From Geosiphon pyriformis uo1 (taxonomy: Eukaryota; Fungi; Glomeromycota), in NCBI GenBank assembly GCA_016748015.1, contig JAAOMT010000276.1, forward strand, positions 620,001-684,000: DNA of 64,000 nt, in the 5' to 3' direction. Positions 25,563-38,358 of the stretch are shown here, in pieces (positions within the stretch are counted from its first letter, which is position 1; the number at the start of each line of letters is the position of its first letter). Under the pieces are notes generated by a model. The model was not told the origin of the DNA. It searched no databases and saw only the letters and a list, made by a program, of their open reading frames with translations. The translations under genes were made by a program, and so were the position numbers.

Positions 25563-26163
25563 TAATTATATTTAGAATTTCAGTAGTAATTTGATGAAAA
25601 AAGAATTTATATTTTTATTACTTGTGAGAATAATATGAAACGATTAAAAAAAAAAAATTTTTTTTTCAGAAACTGCATCAAATAATTCCTGCATACATTT
25701 ATACATGGTTAAATTCTATTTCCAAAAAAAACAAACAGATAAAGTTAGATTAGAATCCACGCGATCAGAAATTATTCATGTATATCATCGACTTAGTGAA
25801 CGAGTTACGAGAGGTAAAAAAAAATGCTAAGAGAAAAACAAAGATGAGTAATGGGAACGGGTTAGTGAGACTGATCTTTATTACATGTTCACAAGCATAT
25901 ATGACAAATAATAGATTGAATGATTTTTATAATAATGAATCAAAAATATTTGTCACATATAGTAACGGAAATGTTTAAACATATTCTCCAAATTAGCCTA
26001 ATATAATATTTTTAATGCTTGAATTAAAATAAATAAATAAATAAATAAAAATAAAAACAATTATTAAAAGAAAAAACAAAGACAATTTTATCGAGCAGTT
26101 CACTAAATATCATTTCAAGTTACAAATGATAATCAATTTAATTTGGCCAATCCCAATGGTGTC

Positions 26164-26213
26164 AGTGAGTGAGTGAGTGAGTGAGTGAGTGAGTGAGTGA
26201 GTGAGTGAGTGAG
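26164..26213. repeat. (AGTG)n microsatellite
   Basis: Direct reading. Confidence 0.95.
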
Positions 26214-26435
26214 CCAACCGAAATGAATGTATGCTAATCAAATATGCCGTAAAATGCCCTTAATTAATACTTGAAATGTGTTATTAAACAATTCCCCTCA
26301 TTTAATATTCTATTAAAAATTCAAATTCAAATTCAAATAAAGTTATGAAAAATTGGATCCGCTGCTCCTTATATTGTTTCCATTTCAAAAACTTTACGAG
26401 AGTGGTCAGTTTAAGAATAGAAACAACACTAAAAG

Positions 26436-26495
26436 TAGTAACAGCAATAGTAACAGCAGTAGCAGTAGCAGTAGCAGTAGCAGTAGCAGCAGCAG
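26436..26495. repeat. (GTAGCA)n imperfect hexamer repeat upstream of the GH16 gene
   Basis: Direct reading. Confidence 0.9.
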
Positions 26496-26805
26496 TGAAT
26501 CATAAAATTGAAAGTATTCACATCTTCAAATATTATCAACAAAGAGAAGACTATGGAACGGCAAACAAGGCTCAGTTTCTATATAAAGTCATCATTTCCT
26601 CGTTTGCCTCAAATTTTTTATTATCCTAATTCAAAATAAATAAAAGAGTCTAAAAATTTTTCTTTCGAGAAAATAAACTTCACATTCTTTTTCATATAAA
26701 ATCCCCTCTCATCATCCCTCCATCCCTCCATCCCTCTCATTATTCCTTTCTTTTCATAATCTTTTTTTTTCTCTCTCATCATATTACAAATCTAATAAAT
26801 AAGAA

Positions 26806-27713
26806 ATGGCCCGTCTTGCAAAACTTAGTTTACTTCTAGTCTTGGCCCTTGCAATTGCCAATGATGTAATCTCTCATCCCCATTCTTCAAATAAGAAAAC
26901 CAATTCTTTGCAAAAATCAAAATCTTTACCTCATTATTCCTTCTCCCCATCATCATCATCATCATCATCATCAAAAAATAAAAAGATCTCTTATAAAACA
27001 AAAAAACCTACTAATAAATCCAACAAAAAGAAAAAACCCACTAGTAAAAGACAATCTAATTCTTCTCCGAAAGTTGAACAGCCTTCCAATCCTAACAACA
27101 CCAACACCAACAGCAACACCAACACCAACACCAACACCAACACCAACACCGACACCAACACCAACACCAACACCAACACTAACACTAACACTAACACCAA
27201 CACCAACACCAACACTAACACTAACACTAACACTAACACTAACACTAACACTAATCCTTCTGGAAAAAATATTTGTCGTTCATTTACTGAGACTTTTGAC
27301 AAAGATACAATTGTCGAATATAAATCATACAATGGTAACCCGAAATCCGCAAATTGGATCAATTTATCCGGAACAAAAGAAACCTATGATATCTCAGATG
27401 GACAATTGAATATGCATATACTCCCACCGAAATCATATGTAGTAAATACCACCGCTTATCATCCGTTCAATTCGGCTCTTGGTTCTGGTTTGACCTTAAA
27501 TTCTACATATATGATGCATTATGGAACAGTGTCAGCAAAGATTAAGAGTAGTAATGTTGGTGGTGTGGTTACAGCTTTCATTGTGAGTATTTTAAATCAG
27601 TCATCAATTAATTAATAATCAATTAATTAATTTCAATGATTCAACTTTTTAAATGAATGATAATATTTTTCAAATCACTAATTATAAAAATTATTTCTTT
27701 TTTACCTCTTACC

Positions 27714-27752
<39 letters not shown>

Positions 27753-28189
27753 AGACAATGTCACCAAACGGAGATGAAATCGATTGGGAACTCGTAGGAA
27801 AAGATGTCAGTAACGCTCAAACTAATTGGTACTGGAATGGTTTAATTCAATGGGGTGTTCATGGTGGGGTACATCCTATCACCGGTCCTGGAATCTCAGA
27901 TGCTTTCCATACCTATGCCATCAACTGGACCCCTGAAGCTATTACTTGGTCTATTGATGGTAATTCCGTACGTACCTTAACCCCAGCTGATACTATGGTC
28001 AATGGAACCGCACAATATCCAAGTCACCCAAGTTATATTCAATTGGGCTTGTGGGACGGAAGTGGTGCTGCGGGTACCGCCGAATGGGCTAATGGTCCTA
28101 TCGATTGGTCTGCTCAGACTCAAAAGCCCACCACGCAAGTCTCAGAGATTCAAATCGCTTGTGATCCTGCATATAATACCGTTATTTAA
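26806..28189 (+). CDS. secreted glycoside hydrolase family 16 (Crh1/Utr2-like chitin-glucan transglycosylase), 403 aa; exons 26806-27582 and 27755-28189
   Basis: Hydrophobic signal peptide. Phase-0 intron GTGAGT (27583)...CACTAAT...TAG (27754) joins GGVVTAFI to TMSPNGDEIDWE (GH16 ExDxE catalytic motif). Also FHTYAINWTPEAITWSIDG, YPSHP, LWDG, EWANGPIDW. Confidence 0.95.
27094..27255 (+). repeat. (AACACY)n coding hexamer repeat encoding poly(Asn-Thr)
   Basis: Direct reading within GH16 exon 1. Confidence 0.95.
27714..27752. repeat. (CAT)n microsatellite abutting the intron 3' splice site
   Basis: Direct reading. Confidence 0.95.
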
Positions 28190-28840
28190 ACGAGTTATCT
28201 GATTGAACTCTTTTTTTATTTTGGATTTATTTAAAAAGTTTTTTTTTTATTTCCTTTGGGGATTATTATTTTATGAAAAATTGCATTTCACATTATTATT
28301 ATCATTATTATAATTATAATTATTATTATTATTATTATTATTTTTATAACATTATTTTTATCTTATTATTATCACATTATTATCACTATTATTATCACTA
28401 TTATTATTATTATTAAACTATTTATTATTGACCTTTATATTATTAACTCAACATTTTTTATTTTTTTTGAGTACATAAAAAACGGACTTTTGTTTATAAA
28501 AAACCTCAATATTTAAAATTCACTTGACAATAGTGCAAGAAAAATTTAGCTTATTATAGTTTGATAGAAAGTGAAATAGACTATATTAGATTTCTTTAAA
28601 TAATAATATTATTAGAATTTGAGATTTATTAAAGAAAAATAAAAGAGAAAGAGGTATTTAAATTTTGAATAATTAAAAAGTTTTGATACTTCTGACAGAA
28701 AATGTCGAAAATTAAAAATTGCATATTAATTTTACTACACGTATTTGGATTGATGATATCATTAAATTCCTTGATTATTATTGATGTTTGGAAATTCTAA
28801 GAAAATCTAAATGATTTATTTGTTTATATCGTGACTGATG

Positions 28841-28883
<43 letters not shown>

Positions 28884-30650
28884 ATCTTTTTTATGATTAA
28901 AATAAGATCAATACATTTTAATACTATTTTTTTCAAACTCAACTTCTCAACGTTTTGAACTTTCCTATCAATTTTGTCTTTGATTTTCCATTTTGCCAAG
29001 TGTCACGTACATTTTTATTTTGGCCTTTTAACTGTAAAGAAACTTTCATGCCTCTTACTCCCATGACCATTATCAAGAATTTCTAGAAGTGAAGAGTGGA
29101 ATTCAACAAAAAAATAATGTTTGAGAAATTTTTCTTTAAAACAGGTTGTAACTTGTAAAGAATATAGGAGGTTTACCATATGATTAACTCTCCTTTTTTT
29201 AAAACTTGATTTCCCAATTCCTAAATAGATTTCAACTCGTAAATATCGATTCGATTTTTGTATTTGTTGTTATTATTGTTGTCGTTGTTGTTGTTGCTGT
29301 TATTATTATTGTTGTTGTTGTTGTTGTTGTTTTTGTTTTTACGATCAGCTGCAGGTGTAGAGAAACAAAAGGAGTTTGATTACTTGTACAATATAAAAAC
29401 ATTTTATGTTGAAAAAGCCCCAAAAGACTTTCAGATCCTCGGGTTTTTTGGGAATCTTCGACAATAATCAATTTAATTCTTAAAAAGTTGGCTTAACAAG
29501 AATCTTGAAAACTCCCACATTTCCATATTGATGTTAGATTTTATTTGGGTCTCACAAACTATTTTCATTTCAGACATTTGAACTTTATTTTTGTTGATAT
29601 CCTGGTTACTGGGTGATTAATAATGATGATGATGATGATGATGGTAATTATGTTGATGGTGTTATTTTTATTAAAAATCATATTTGCATCCTCGTTGTTA
29701 GTTTGGTACGAATAGTTTTCTATTATCTGTTATTTAATTTCGATATTGTAAAAATAAAAATATTTATGTATTAAATTTTTTTTTTATTAATAGCCATTTT
29801 AAAATGAATTTAATAATTAAATTAAATTTTTAATAATTTTTTTTTGAACAAAACTACTATTTTTATAGTTAATAATTATTGTTTTTTTTAACCTCTTTTT
29901 TTTTGGTTTTTATTAATTTACAAATACAAAAAAATAATTCTCAAAATTTTGTTATATATTATTTATTTATTTATTTATTTTTCTCTTTTTTATTCATTGT
30001 TTTTATAAAAATAATAATAAAAATATGCTTTAGTTTTTTTTTAAAATATATATATATAAATTTTGTGTGTTATTAATTTTAATTAAAATATGAAATTATA
30101 AAATATGACAAATAATAATTACATGAATTATAATTAATTGTATTGTTATTAATTAAAAAAAAATTTTGATTTAAATAATTATAATAAATTTATGTTTTTT
30201 TTAAAAAAAAAATACTGAAAAACTAAATATATCATTACATTTTTTTTAATTATGGGTTTTTTTTAAATAATTAAAAATTCTTACAAAATAATAATTTTTT
30301 TTTTTTAGTTTTTAATATAATTATTTAATTTTTTGTATATATATATACATTTTTTTAAAATTAATAAAAGTTTAATATATATAAATTAATATAATTATTT
30401 ACATAAATTTAAAATAAATTATACAAATTTTTAAATTTAATTTTTATTAATATATATATATTCTAAATTTTATTATAAATACAACTTATATAATTTTATT
30501 ACATAATTAGTTATTTAGAATAAATAAATAAATAATTATTTATTTAACAAACTAAAAAATTTTAAAAAAATTATTAAAAAAATTTTTTTTTCTTATATTT
30601 TATAATATATTAAATTCTGATTAATTTACATATAATTATAAATAATTAAA

Positions 30651-31372
30651 TTTTTTTTTTATTTTAACAAGTGCAGCCTAACCACTATCTAGTATACAGA
30701 GATAAAGCAAAATATTCCAAACTAAATGTGGCTCATATGCTTATTACATATAACTGATCACTTAAGCCCATCAAGGCAACATTACACACTCATCAGAACC
30801 CCCTTACTATTATCCAAACCAGAAAAAAACAAACAACACTTACGTAAACCAAAACTGACAGCAAAAGACTTCACTATATTTAGCATATAAACAACACCAT
30901 CAGATAGCAACCTGGACAGATCTCATGGTAAAGCAAAATTCTCATCATCATTGTAAACTAGACCAACCTTTTCCATACCAATCCTAAACTTAGATCTCAA
31001 CAGCCACAGACAATCATGATGGTTACCTACAAAATAACAAACAAACTTGACAACAATTAACCAGGCCTTTTTTCTATCACCAAAAATAGAAACAGCCTCA
31101 TCAATCCAATCTCAAAAAACAAAACCCTTGCACAAAACAGCATATATACTGACATCTAAAGCATTTGCAAGTGTGTTTAGCACTGAGGATGATGCAAGAA
31201 GATAAACATCTGCCAAAGATTTCTACAATCTAATATGATCAGCCATGATCTCCAAATGTAAAAAAGAATTCACAGAACACGTGAAAGCATGATCAGAAAA
31301 TTTGATGTTACCATACATCAGATACAAAACACTCAGATAACCAATGTTATACAATTTCTTATGGACAACCAT
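30651..31372 (-). mobile_element. 5'-truncated LINE copy (ORF2 C-terminus, 3'UTR, poly(A))
   Basis: Poly-T at 30651-30660; 3'UTR homologous to about 46290-46410; decayed C-terminal zinc finger region (KKLYN..Y.SV...SDHAFTC). Confidence 0.88.
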
Positions 31373-34300
31373 TAATTTATTATATTATTTAATCTTAAAA
31401 ACTAAAGTATTTTTTTATTTTTTAAATTTATTACAAATTAAAAATTTTTTAAGTAAATAGTTTTTATTTTAATATTTAATAAAATTATTAATTTAAAGTT
31501 AATTATAAAAAATAATGTTAAAATTTTTTATATAAAATTTGTATTTCAAGTTTTCTTGAATATTTTTATTTAAATTAAACTTTTTGGTTCTTTTTTTCTT
31601 TTTTATTATTTTTAATATTATGAAATTTTTATGGTATTTGTTTCTGTTTTTTTTGTTATAATTTTATAGAATATTTAGTTAAATATTTTTTAAACAAAAT
31701 TAAAAATATAATGATAAAATTATAAATATTAAACTAAAGTTTACTGGTTTATAACAATATATTATTATGTATTTTAAGTTTTTTGAAATTATTAAAACTG
31801 TTTTTATTTGTTAATTAATTTTAATAATAAAAATTAATATTAAAATCTTTTTTTTTATTAATTAAATTTTATTTAAAAATCAAATTAATTGATTTTTTTT
31901 GGTTATACAGTTTTTAAAATCAATAATTTGATTTTTTAAGTTGACAGCTAAATTTATTTTAATTTTCGGTTTTATAATACTAATTATTATTAATAGTTTG
32001 TTATTATTATTATTTTTAAGTTTAAAAAAATTTTTAATAAAATTATTATTAAAATTAATATCTTATATAAAAAATATATATATAATAAAAAACTTTTAAA
32101 TATTAGTATTATTACAAATATTAAAGTTTAAATTATTTGGTTCTTGTTTGTAAAAATGTTTTTTTTTTTTGGTTTTTCTAAAAAGTTTGTTAAATTTTTT
32201 GTTAATTATTTTACTAAATTTTTATTAATTATTTTACTAAATTTTTTATATTTTATCTTAAAATTGCTACTTTTTTAATAATATTATATTTTAATTTGTT
32301 TAGTATTTTTTTTTAATAAAAAATATAAGTTTAAATTGGGTTTTTTGGAATTCAAACCTCAAAATTTATTTGTTTTAATTAAATTTATAATAATAAAATT
32401 TGGATTTTTAGTAAATTTAATTGCTTTTTTTTAACTGTCAAAATTAATTTTGCCATAAATATTAAAGATTATTTTATTTTTTTAAAAGTTTAAATTAATT
32501 GTATTGTTAATTTAATTATTATTGTGCTTAAAAATTTTAACTAAATTAAAAACAAACACAAAACTTAAATTGTAAATACTATTATTAAAAAAAATTTTTA
32601 CCTTTAATTATAGTTATTTTGTTAACAATATTTTTAATTTACTGTTTTTATATTGTTACTAGAATTTGACATAATTTGTTAATACTATATTGTTTATAAA
32701 ATATTTTTAAAAAAATACTGTAAATTAATATTTAAATTCAAATTTGTTTAAACAATTGCTATTTAGTTTAAACTATAAGAAATTTTCAGATATAATAATA
32801 TAAGTCTTAGAAAGATTGTTTGAAATTAATTTAAGACTGTTTATTTAATAATTTTTTATTTTATTGTTTTTTGAAATACAAATCTAATGACTACTTTTTT
32901 GGTTTTATAAAATCTAAAAATTAATATTTCCTATTTTGAATTCAGTATTACGAATTAACTAATAAATTAACAGTTAATAAGTAAACAATTGTGAGATTTT
33001 ATAATTTTTCAACATAGTAAATAAAAAAACTTGTCTTAAATTAATTATTTAGAGTTAAAAAAGACTTGTTTTTGTGAATGGAATTTTTATTTTAAGTATA
33101 AAAAATAGTACTATACTAAATATTAATTATAAAATATATTTTTTAAAAGAAAAAATCTCTTTTTTTATACAAGTTTTTATCATATCATTTTATGTTCTTA
33201 AACTTTTTGTTCTTTTTAAAATATTTACTAATTTTTATAAATAAATATAAATAAATATAAATTTTAATAAATTATTTATTATTTCAAAAAACTTAAATCA
33301 ATTTCAAATTTTAACTTAAATAACTTAAAATTGCTTTTGTATTCAAAATTCAGAATTTTATATATTCTAATTATGATATTTTGTTATATTTATAAATTAA
33401 AAATAATTGTTTGTGATAATTTAATATAAGAATTAAAACGTTATACTAATAATAATTTCAATATTCGTGAAATTAGAATTTATAAAATGATTTGTAATAC
33501 TCATTTTTTTAATTTATGTTATTTATTCTTTCCAAATAACTTTTTTTTAACATTATTAATAATTTTGTTTTTACTTTTTAATTGTTTTTACTTTTTAATT
33601 GTTTTTAACAGTAATTATAACTTAAATTCCAGTTAATAATAATGTTTATGGATTTAAAAGTTATAAATTAATTGTTATTAGTTATAAAAATATATATAAA
33701 TTAAAAAATAATTGTTGTTTTTAAAGTAAAAAAACTAACCAATAACAAATAATAACATATAATAACATAAAATAATGCAAAATAACATATAATAATATAA
33801 AATAATACATAATAATTAATAATAACATAAAATAATATAAAATAAAATTAAATATTTCTTATTTTATTTTAACAATTCATAAATTAAATTTTTTTTATAA
33901 GTATTTTTGCAAATTATCTTTTTAATATTAAATATATTTAACATAATTGTATTTTTAATAACTTAAACTAATTATTTTTAATTATAATAATTAACAGAAT
34001 ATTAATTCTTAATTTTTTATTTACAAGATATAAAATAATATTTAATAATTAATTTGTACATAATACATAACTTAAAAAATAATACAATAATCTGCTTAGT
34101 TATTTGTTGTAATAATACTAATTTAAAAAATCTATAAAAATTAGTTATAAATAAATATATTATTTTTAAAACAAAAGTATTTTTAATTAATATAAATAAT
34201 TATTTTCTTAATTAAAACATTCAAAATACTTTTTATATTTTTCATATATATTAAACCAAAAATTATTCAAATATTACTTTAATTATTAGAAAACAAATTA

Positions 34301-34869
34301 TTATAATTAATAATAGTAAAATACATACTATTATTAAACCAAAAAAAATTATTATTAAAAAAAATTAGTAATAAAATATATAAATACATACTTAATCATA
34401 CTATTACTTTTTAATAAATTTAAAAAAACAATTAAAACTTTATAGTCAACTTAATAAAATTATAAATTTTTGAAGAAAATAACTTTAAAAATACAAGTAA
34501 AAATTTTGAATATTATATAATTAAATATTTTAAAAGATTTAATTATTGCTAAAAAAACCAAAATTTTTAAACAAAAACTTAATTTTTTAAATACAAAACT
34601 TATTTTATTTTAAATAATATATATTTTATTAACAAAAAACTTTATTAAATTAGTTAGTTTTTACTTAGATAAAACTTTTTATTAGAATATTCTATAAATA
34701 ATTTAATTTTATCAAAGTTTAATTTCTTTAAAAAAAATAATATTATAGTTGAAAATCATAATTTTTATTAATTATTATATATATTAGTTATTATTATTAT
34801 ATAATTTTGTTTTTCTTTATTATTTATTAACTTATTACTTTAACTTATAATAATATTATAAATTATATA

Positions 34870-36790
34870 ATATGGTTTTTATAATTACAAAACAAAATTA
34901 GATAATAAAGTTAAATTATAGTTAAAATACAGATTCGAAAACTTTATATATTTATTTTTAATTTAAATTTTAATTATATAAATTCTAAAATTGTAATTAT
35001 TATGAATATTAATTTGATTTAACATGTTTTTAAGATTGCTAAAACTTTCAAACATTTTTTATCAATTAAATTGGTGTTTAAAAACAGTTTTTTGGTTATA
35101 ATTTTGGATTTATATACAGATATTTCTATAGAAGTATATATAAATTAGACTATATTAATTAATTTTTTTATTGTTAAAACAGTAAACAAAAATTTTTAAT
35201 AATTTTAAATAATAATTTTAATAAAAATAATATCAAACAATTAACTAATTTTAAAAAATATTTAAATTATAATTTGTTTAATAATTTGTTTAAGTTTTTT
35301 TTAATTAAGTTAATTACATAAAGCAACTTATAAAAAGTTAAAAAAATTATCAATTATGTTTTTGTTTTTGTTTTATTAATTAGTATTTTAATTAGTCATA
35401 AAATCTTATGTAAAAAAATTTTTTTGATATTAATAACAAAGTTATTTTTATATTTATAAATTTAAATAATTTTTTTAATATTTAATTAATATTACTAAAA
35501 AAACAAAACAATAAAGATAAATAAAAATACAATTATAAAAATACAAATGTTAATAAATAATTTTACTTTAGAAAATATGTTATTACCAAAATTAAAAGTC
35601 TTATTAAAATTAGTTTTTGAATTTTTTTATGTTAAAAATTTAAACTTAATATGATTATTTTTGCAAAAAGTTATTTGTAATTTTGTTAATATGGTTTTTA
35701 AAAAAATTTGATTTTGCAGTTTTGGTAATTTTAAAACCAAAAAGTTGTTTTGTTTATATAATTTAAAACTTTTAATGTTTAAAATTGCTAAAATTATTTA
35801 TTTAGATAATTAGTACAAATTTTTTATATTTTTAAACTGTTGATATTGTTTTAATATAGTTATAACTACTAATATTAGAATTTTAGTTGATAATAATATT
35901 GAGTTTAAATCAATTTTCTTAAAAATTGCCAAGACTAAAGAGTATTATAAAATATTAAAACTTTATGTTTTTTAATCTATTCTTAAATTTAATATAATAT
36001 TAAAATAAAAAACTTTGTTATTAATAAAAGTTATATAATTTATAATATATTAAAATATTTTTTTAAAAAAAAATTTTAAATTATCTAGTTGTAAATAACT
36101 TTTTAATTTTAAAATTATGTAAAATTAAAAGCCAAATAAACAAAATAATAGAAAATTAGACAAAAAAAACTGTTATTAATTCAATTTTAAATGCATAAAT
36201 TTATTAATATAAAACTTTAATTTATATTAATAATATTGTTGTTATTAAAATAATAAATAAAATTAATTATAACAAGTTTTTTAATATAATTAAGAATTTA
36301 CTAAATAACAAAATAAGTAGTTTTTCAAATATTTTTAATAAAATATAAAAGCATTATAATAAGTTGGTAACAAGATTGCTTTTAATTTTGTTAAATATAT
36401 ATTTAATATGTAACTTAGTTCTTAATTTTTAAATAAAAATATAGATATTATTATAAATAAATTTCTTGGGTAGATTAATAGATTTATAACTTAGTATTTA
36501 AGTTAATAATTATTATAATTTGAAGGTTTTTTGAAAGTATTAGTTAGAAAGTTTTTTGTATAATAAACAAAGCTTTACTGTAATTATAATTAATAGTTGG
36601 TATCTGATTTTTTTGACATATTAACTGGTTTATTTTGGTGTTTGTATCTTTTTAATAAGTAATTTTAGTTTTTATAACTATGTTTATGTTTTTTCTTAGT
36701 GTTTTTTATTAATATTATAATTTTAGTACTTTTTTTTAATCAATTAATAAAACAAAAAAAACAAATAAAAAAGAAAGAAAGAAATAAAAT
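34870..36790 (+). mobile_element. ghost LINE ORF2 (APE to 3' end, internally deleted)
   Basis: Reads as the family APE N-terminus after back-conversion (e.g. HVFKIA..FLSIKLVFKN..VIILDLY), followed by linker and 3'-end-like sequence and an A-rich tail; boundaries approximate. Confidence 0.65.
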
Positions 36791-38358
36791 AGAAATTAAT
36801 AGTTATAATTAAAAACAATTGTTTTAAAATTGTTAAATTAATGTAATTAATATTAATAGTATTAATATAAATAATATTGTAATTTTAACAAAATAAGTTT
36901 GAATTTATGAATTAATTAAATTAATAATAAAAAATTAAATTAATCTTACAAAAACTTGTCTGGTTTTAAAGTATTTGTTTTTTTGGCTTTTAATATTTTT
37001 GTTTTATATACATAAATTTTTATAATATAAAATTCTTAAAATTTTTAAAATTTTTTTGAGTTATTGCTAAAATTCTTAAAATTTCTATTAATATTCTTAA
37101 AATTTCTATTAATATTCTTATAATTTTTAATATTACATGTTTTAATAATCTTTTATTTTGCTAATAACTATTTTATACTATTATTTTTTTTATTTTATAT
37201 ATAAGTAATATTATCTTTTTTTTTAATATTAAGCTTTAATAAAATCTTTTAAGTTTTTTTTAAATAAGTTTAAGTTTTTTTTTATTATAGCTTTAAAAAC
37301 TTTTTTTGGTTTTTTAAATTGTAAATTGGTTATTTTTTTCAATTGGTTTGCTATTAAATTTTTATAATTAGATATAATAGTATTTTATTATATTTATAAA
37401 AAATTATATATAATTAATAGATTATTTTTAAGTAAATTATTAAATTATTTTTTTCAATAATTTATTTTATTTATTGTATTGTTTTTTTATTAAATTTTTT
37501 TTTGAGTTTGTATACAAAGTCTGAATATTTAACTGTTGTTCTAAATAATAATAACAATATATAATTAAAAACTGTTTTTTTTAACTTTTTTGGTTTTTTT
37601 GTTAATTCTTTTGGTTAAACAATTGTTAAATTTCTGAAAGTTTTTTTTTACTTTTTTAACAATTTTTTCTACATAGTTATCTACTTGTTTTTGAAATTTT
37701 TTATATAAAGTTTTTTTATTTGTTTTTTTTCTAAGTGTTTTTATAATAAGTTTTTTAACTATTAATTGTTATTTTTATGTTTAAGTTTTTGGTTTTTAAT
37801 AATTTAAATAGTTATTGAGTTATTAAATAAATGTTATCTGTAATTTTTATTTTGTTGTTTTGTTTTTAACATATTTTGGTTGTATTTATAATAGATTTTT
37901 AGTTTTATAATATATTAGTTTCAATAATAATAATTAATTTTAAATTTTGTGAAATTTAATTTGATTTAATTGGTATTTTTTGTGCTTTTAATTGTGATGT
38001 GTTAAATATTATTAATATTTTGCTATAATATAGTTTTAATTAATTATTATTTACTGTTTTAGTTAAAATTTTGTTTTTTAGCTATAATTTATATGTTTTA
38101 TATGCTTTATTTTTAAGCATTTTTTTAATGTAAAATAATTTATTTTATTTTAGATTAAATTTTTTACTTTATTGTTTTTTTACTTTTGTATAATATAAAA
38201 TTACTTTGTTTTTAATCTTAAATTTAGCTAATTTGTTTAATAACTAACTATTATGTTTTTTTTGTGATTTTTTAATATAGTTAACTGCTTTTTTCTTTTA
38301 TTTTTTAAAGTTCTCATTAAATTATATGTCTGTTTTAACAGTATTTTTTAGAATATGG

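Noticed and set aside
26345-26629. 94-aa ORF with a VAVAVA tract upstream of GH16
   Set aside because: Open only because of the (GTAGCA)n repeat; overlaps the probable promoter (TATATAAA near 26580); no recognisable domain
26991-27409. Poly-LV (minus strand) and poly-PT (alternate frame) ORFs
   Set aside because: Shadow frames of the (AACACY)n repeat in GH16 exon 1
29167-29200. Imperfect hairpin AGGAG...CTCCT followed by a T-run (terminator or Pol III-like)
   Set aside because: Short, bulged, single occurrence; no A/B boxes or RNA gene fold recognisable
28778-29471. Short ORFs with poly-Y, poly-L or poly-T tracts
   Set aside because: Translations of microsatellites; no coding signal
31400-33400. 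Possible ghost gag/protease on the minus strand
   Set aside because: Similarity too weak to support without an alignment
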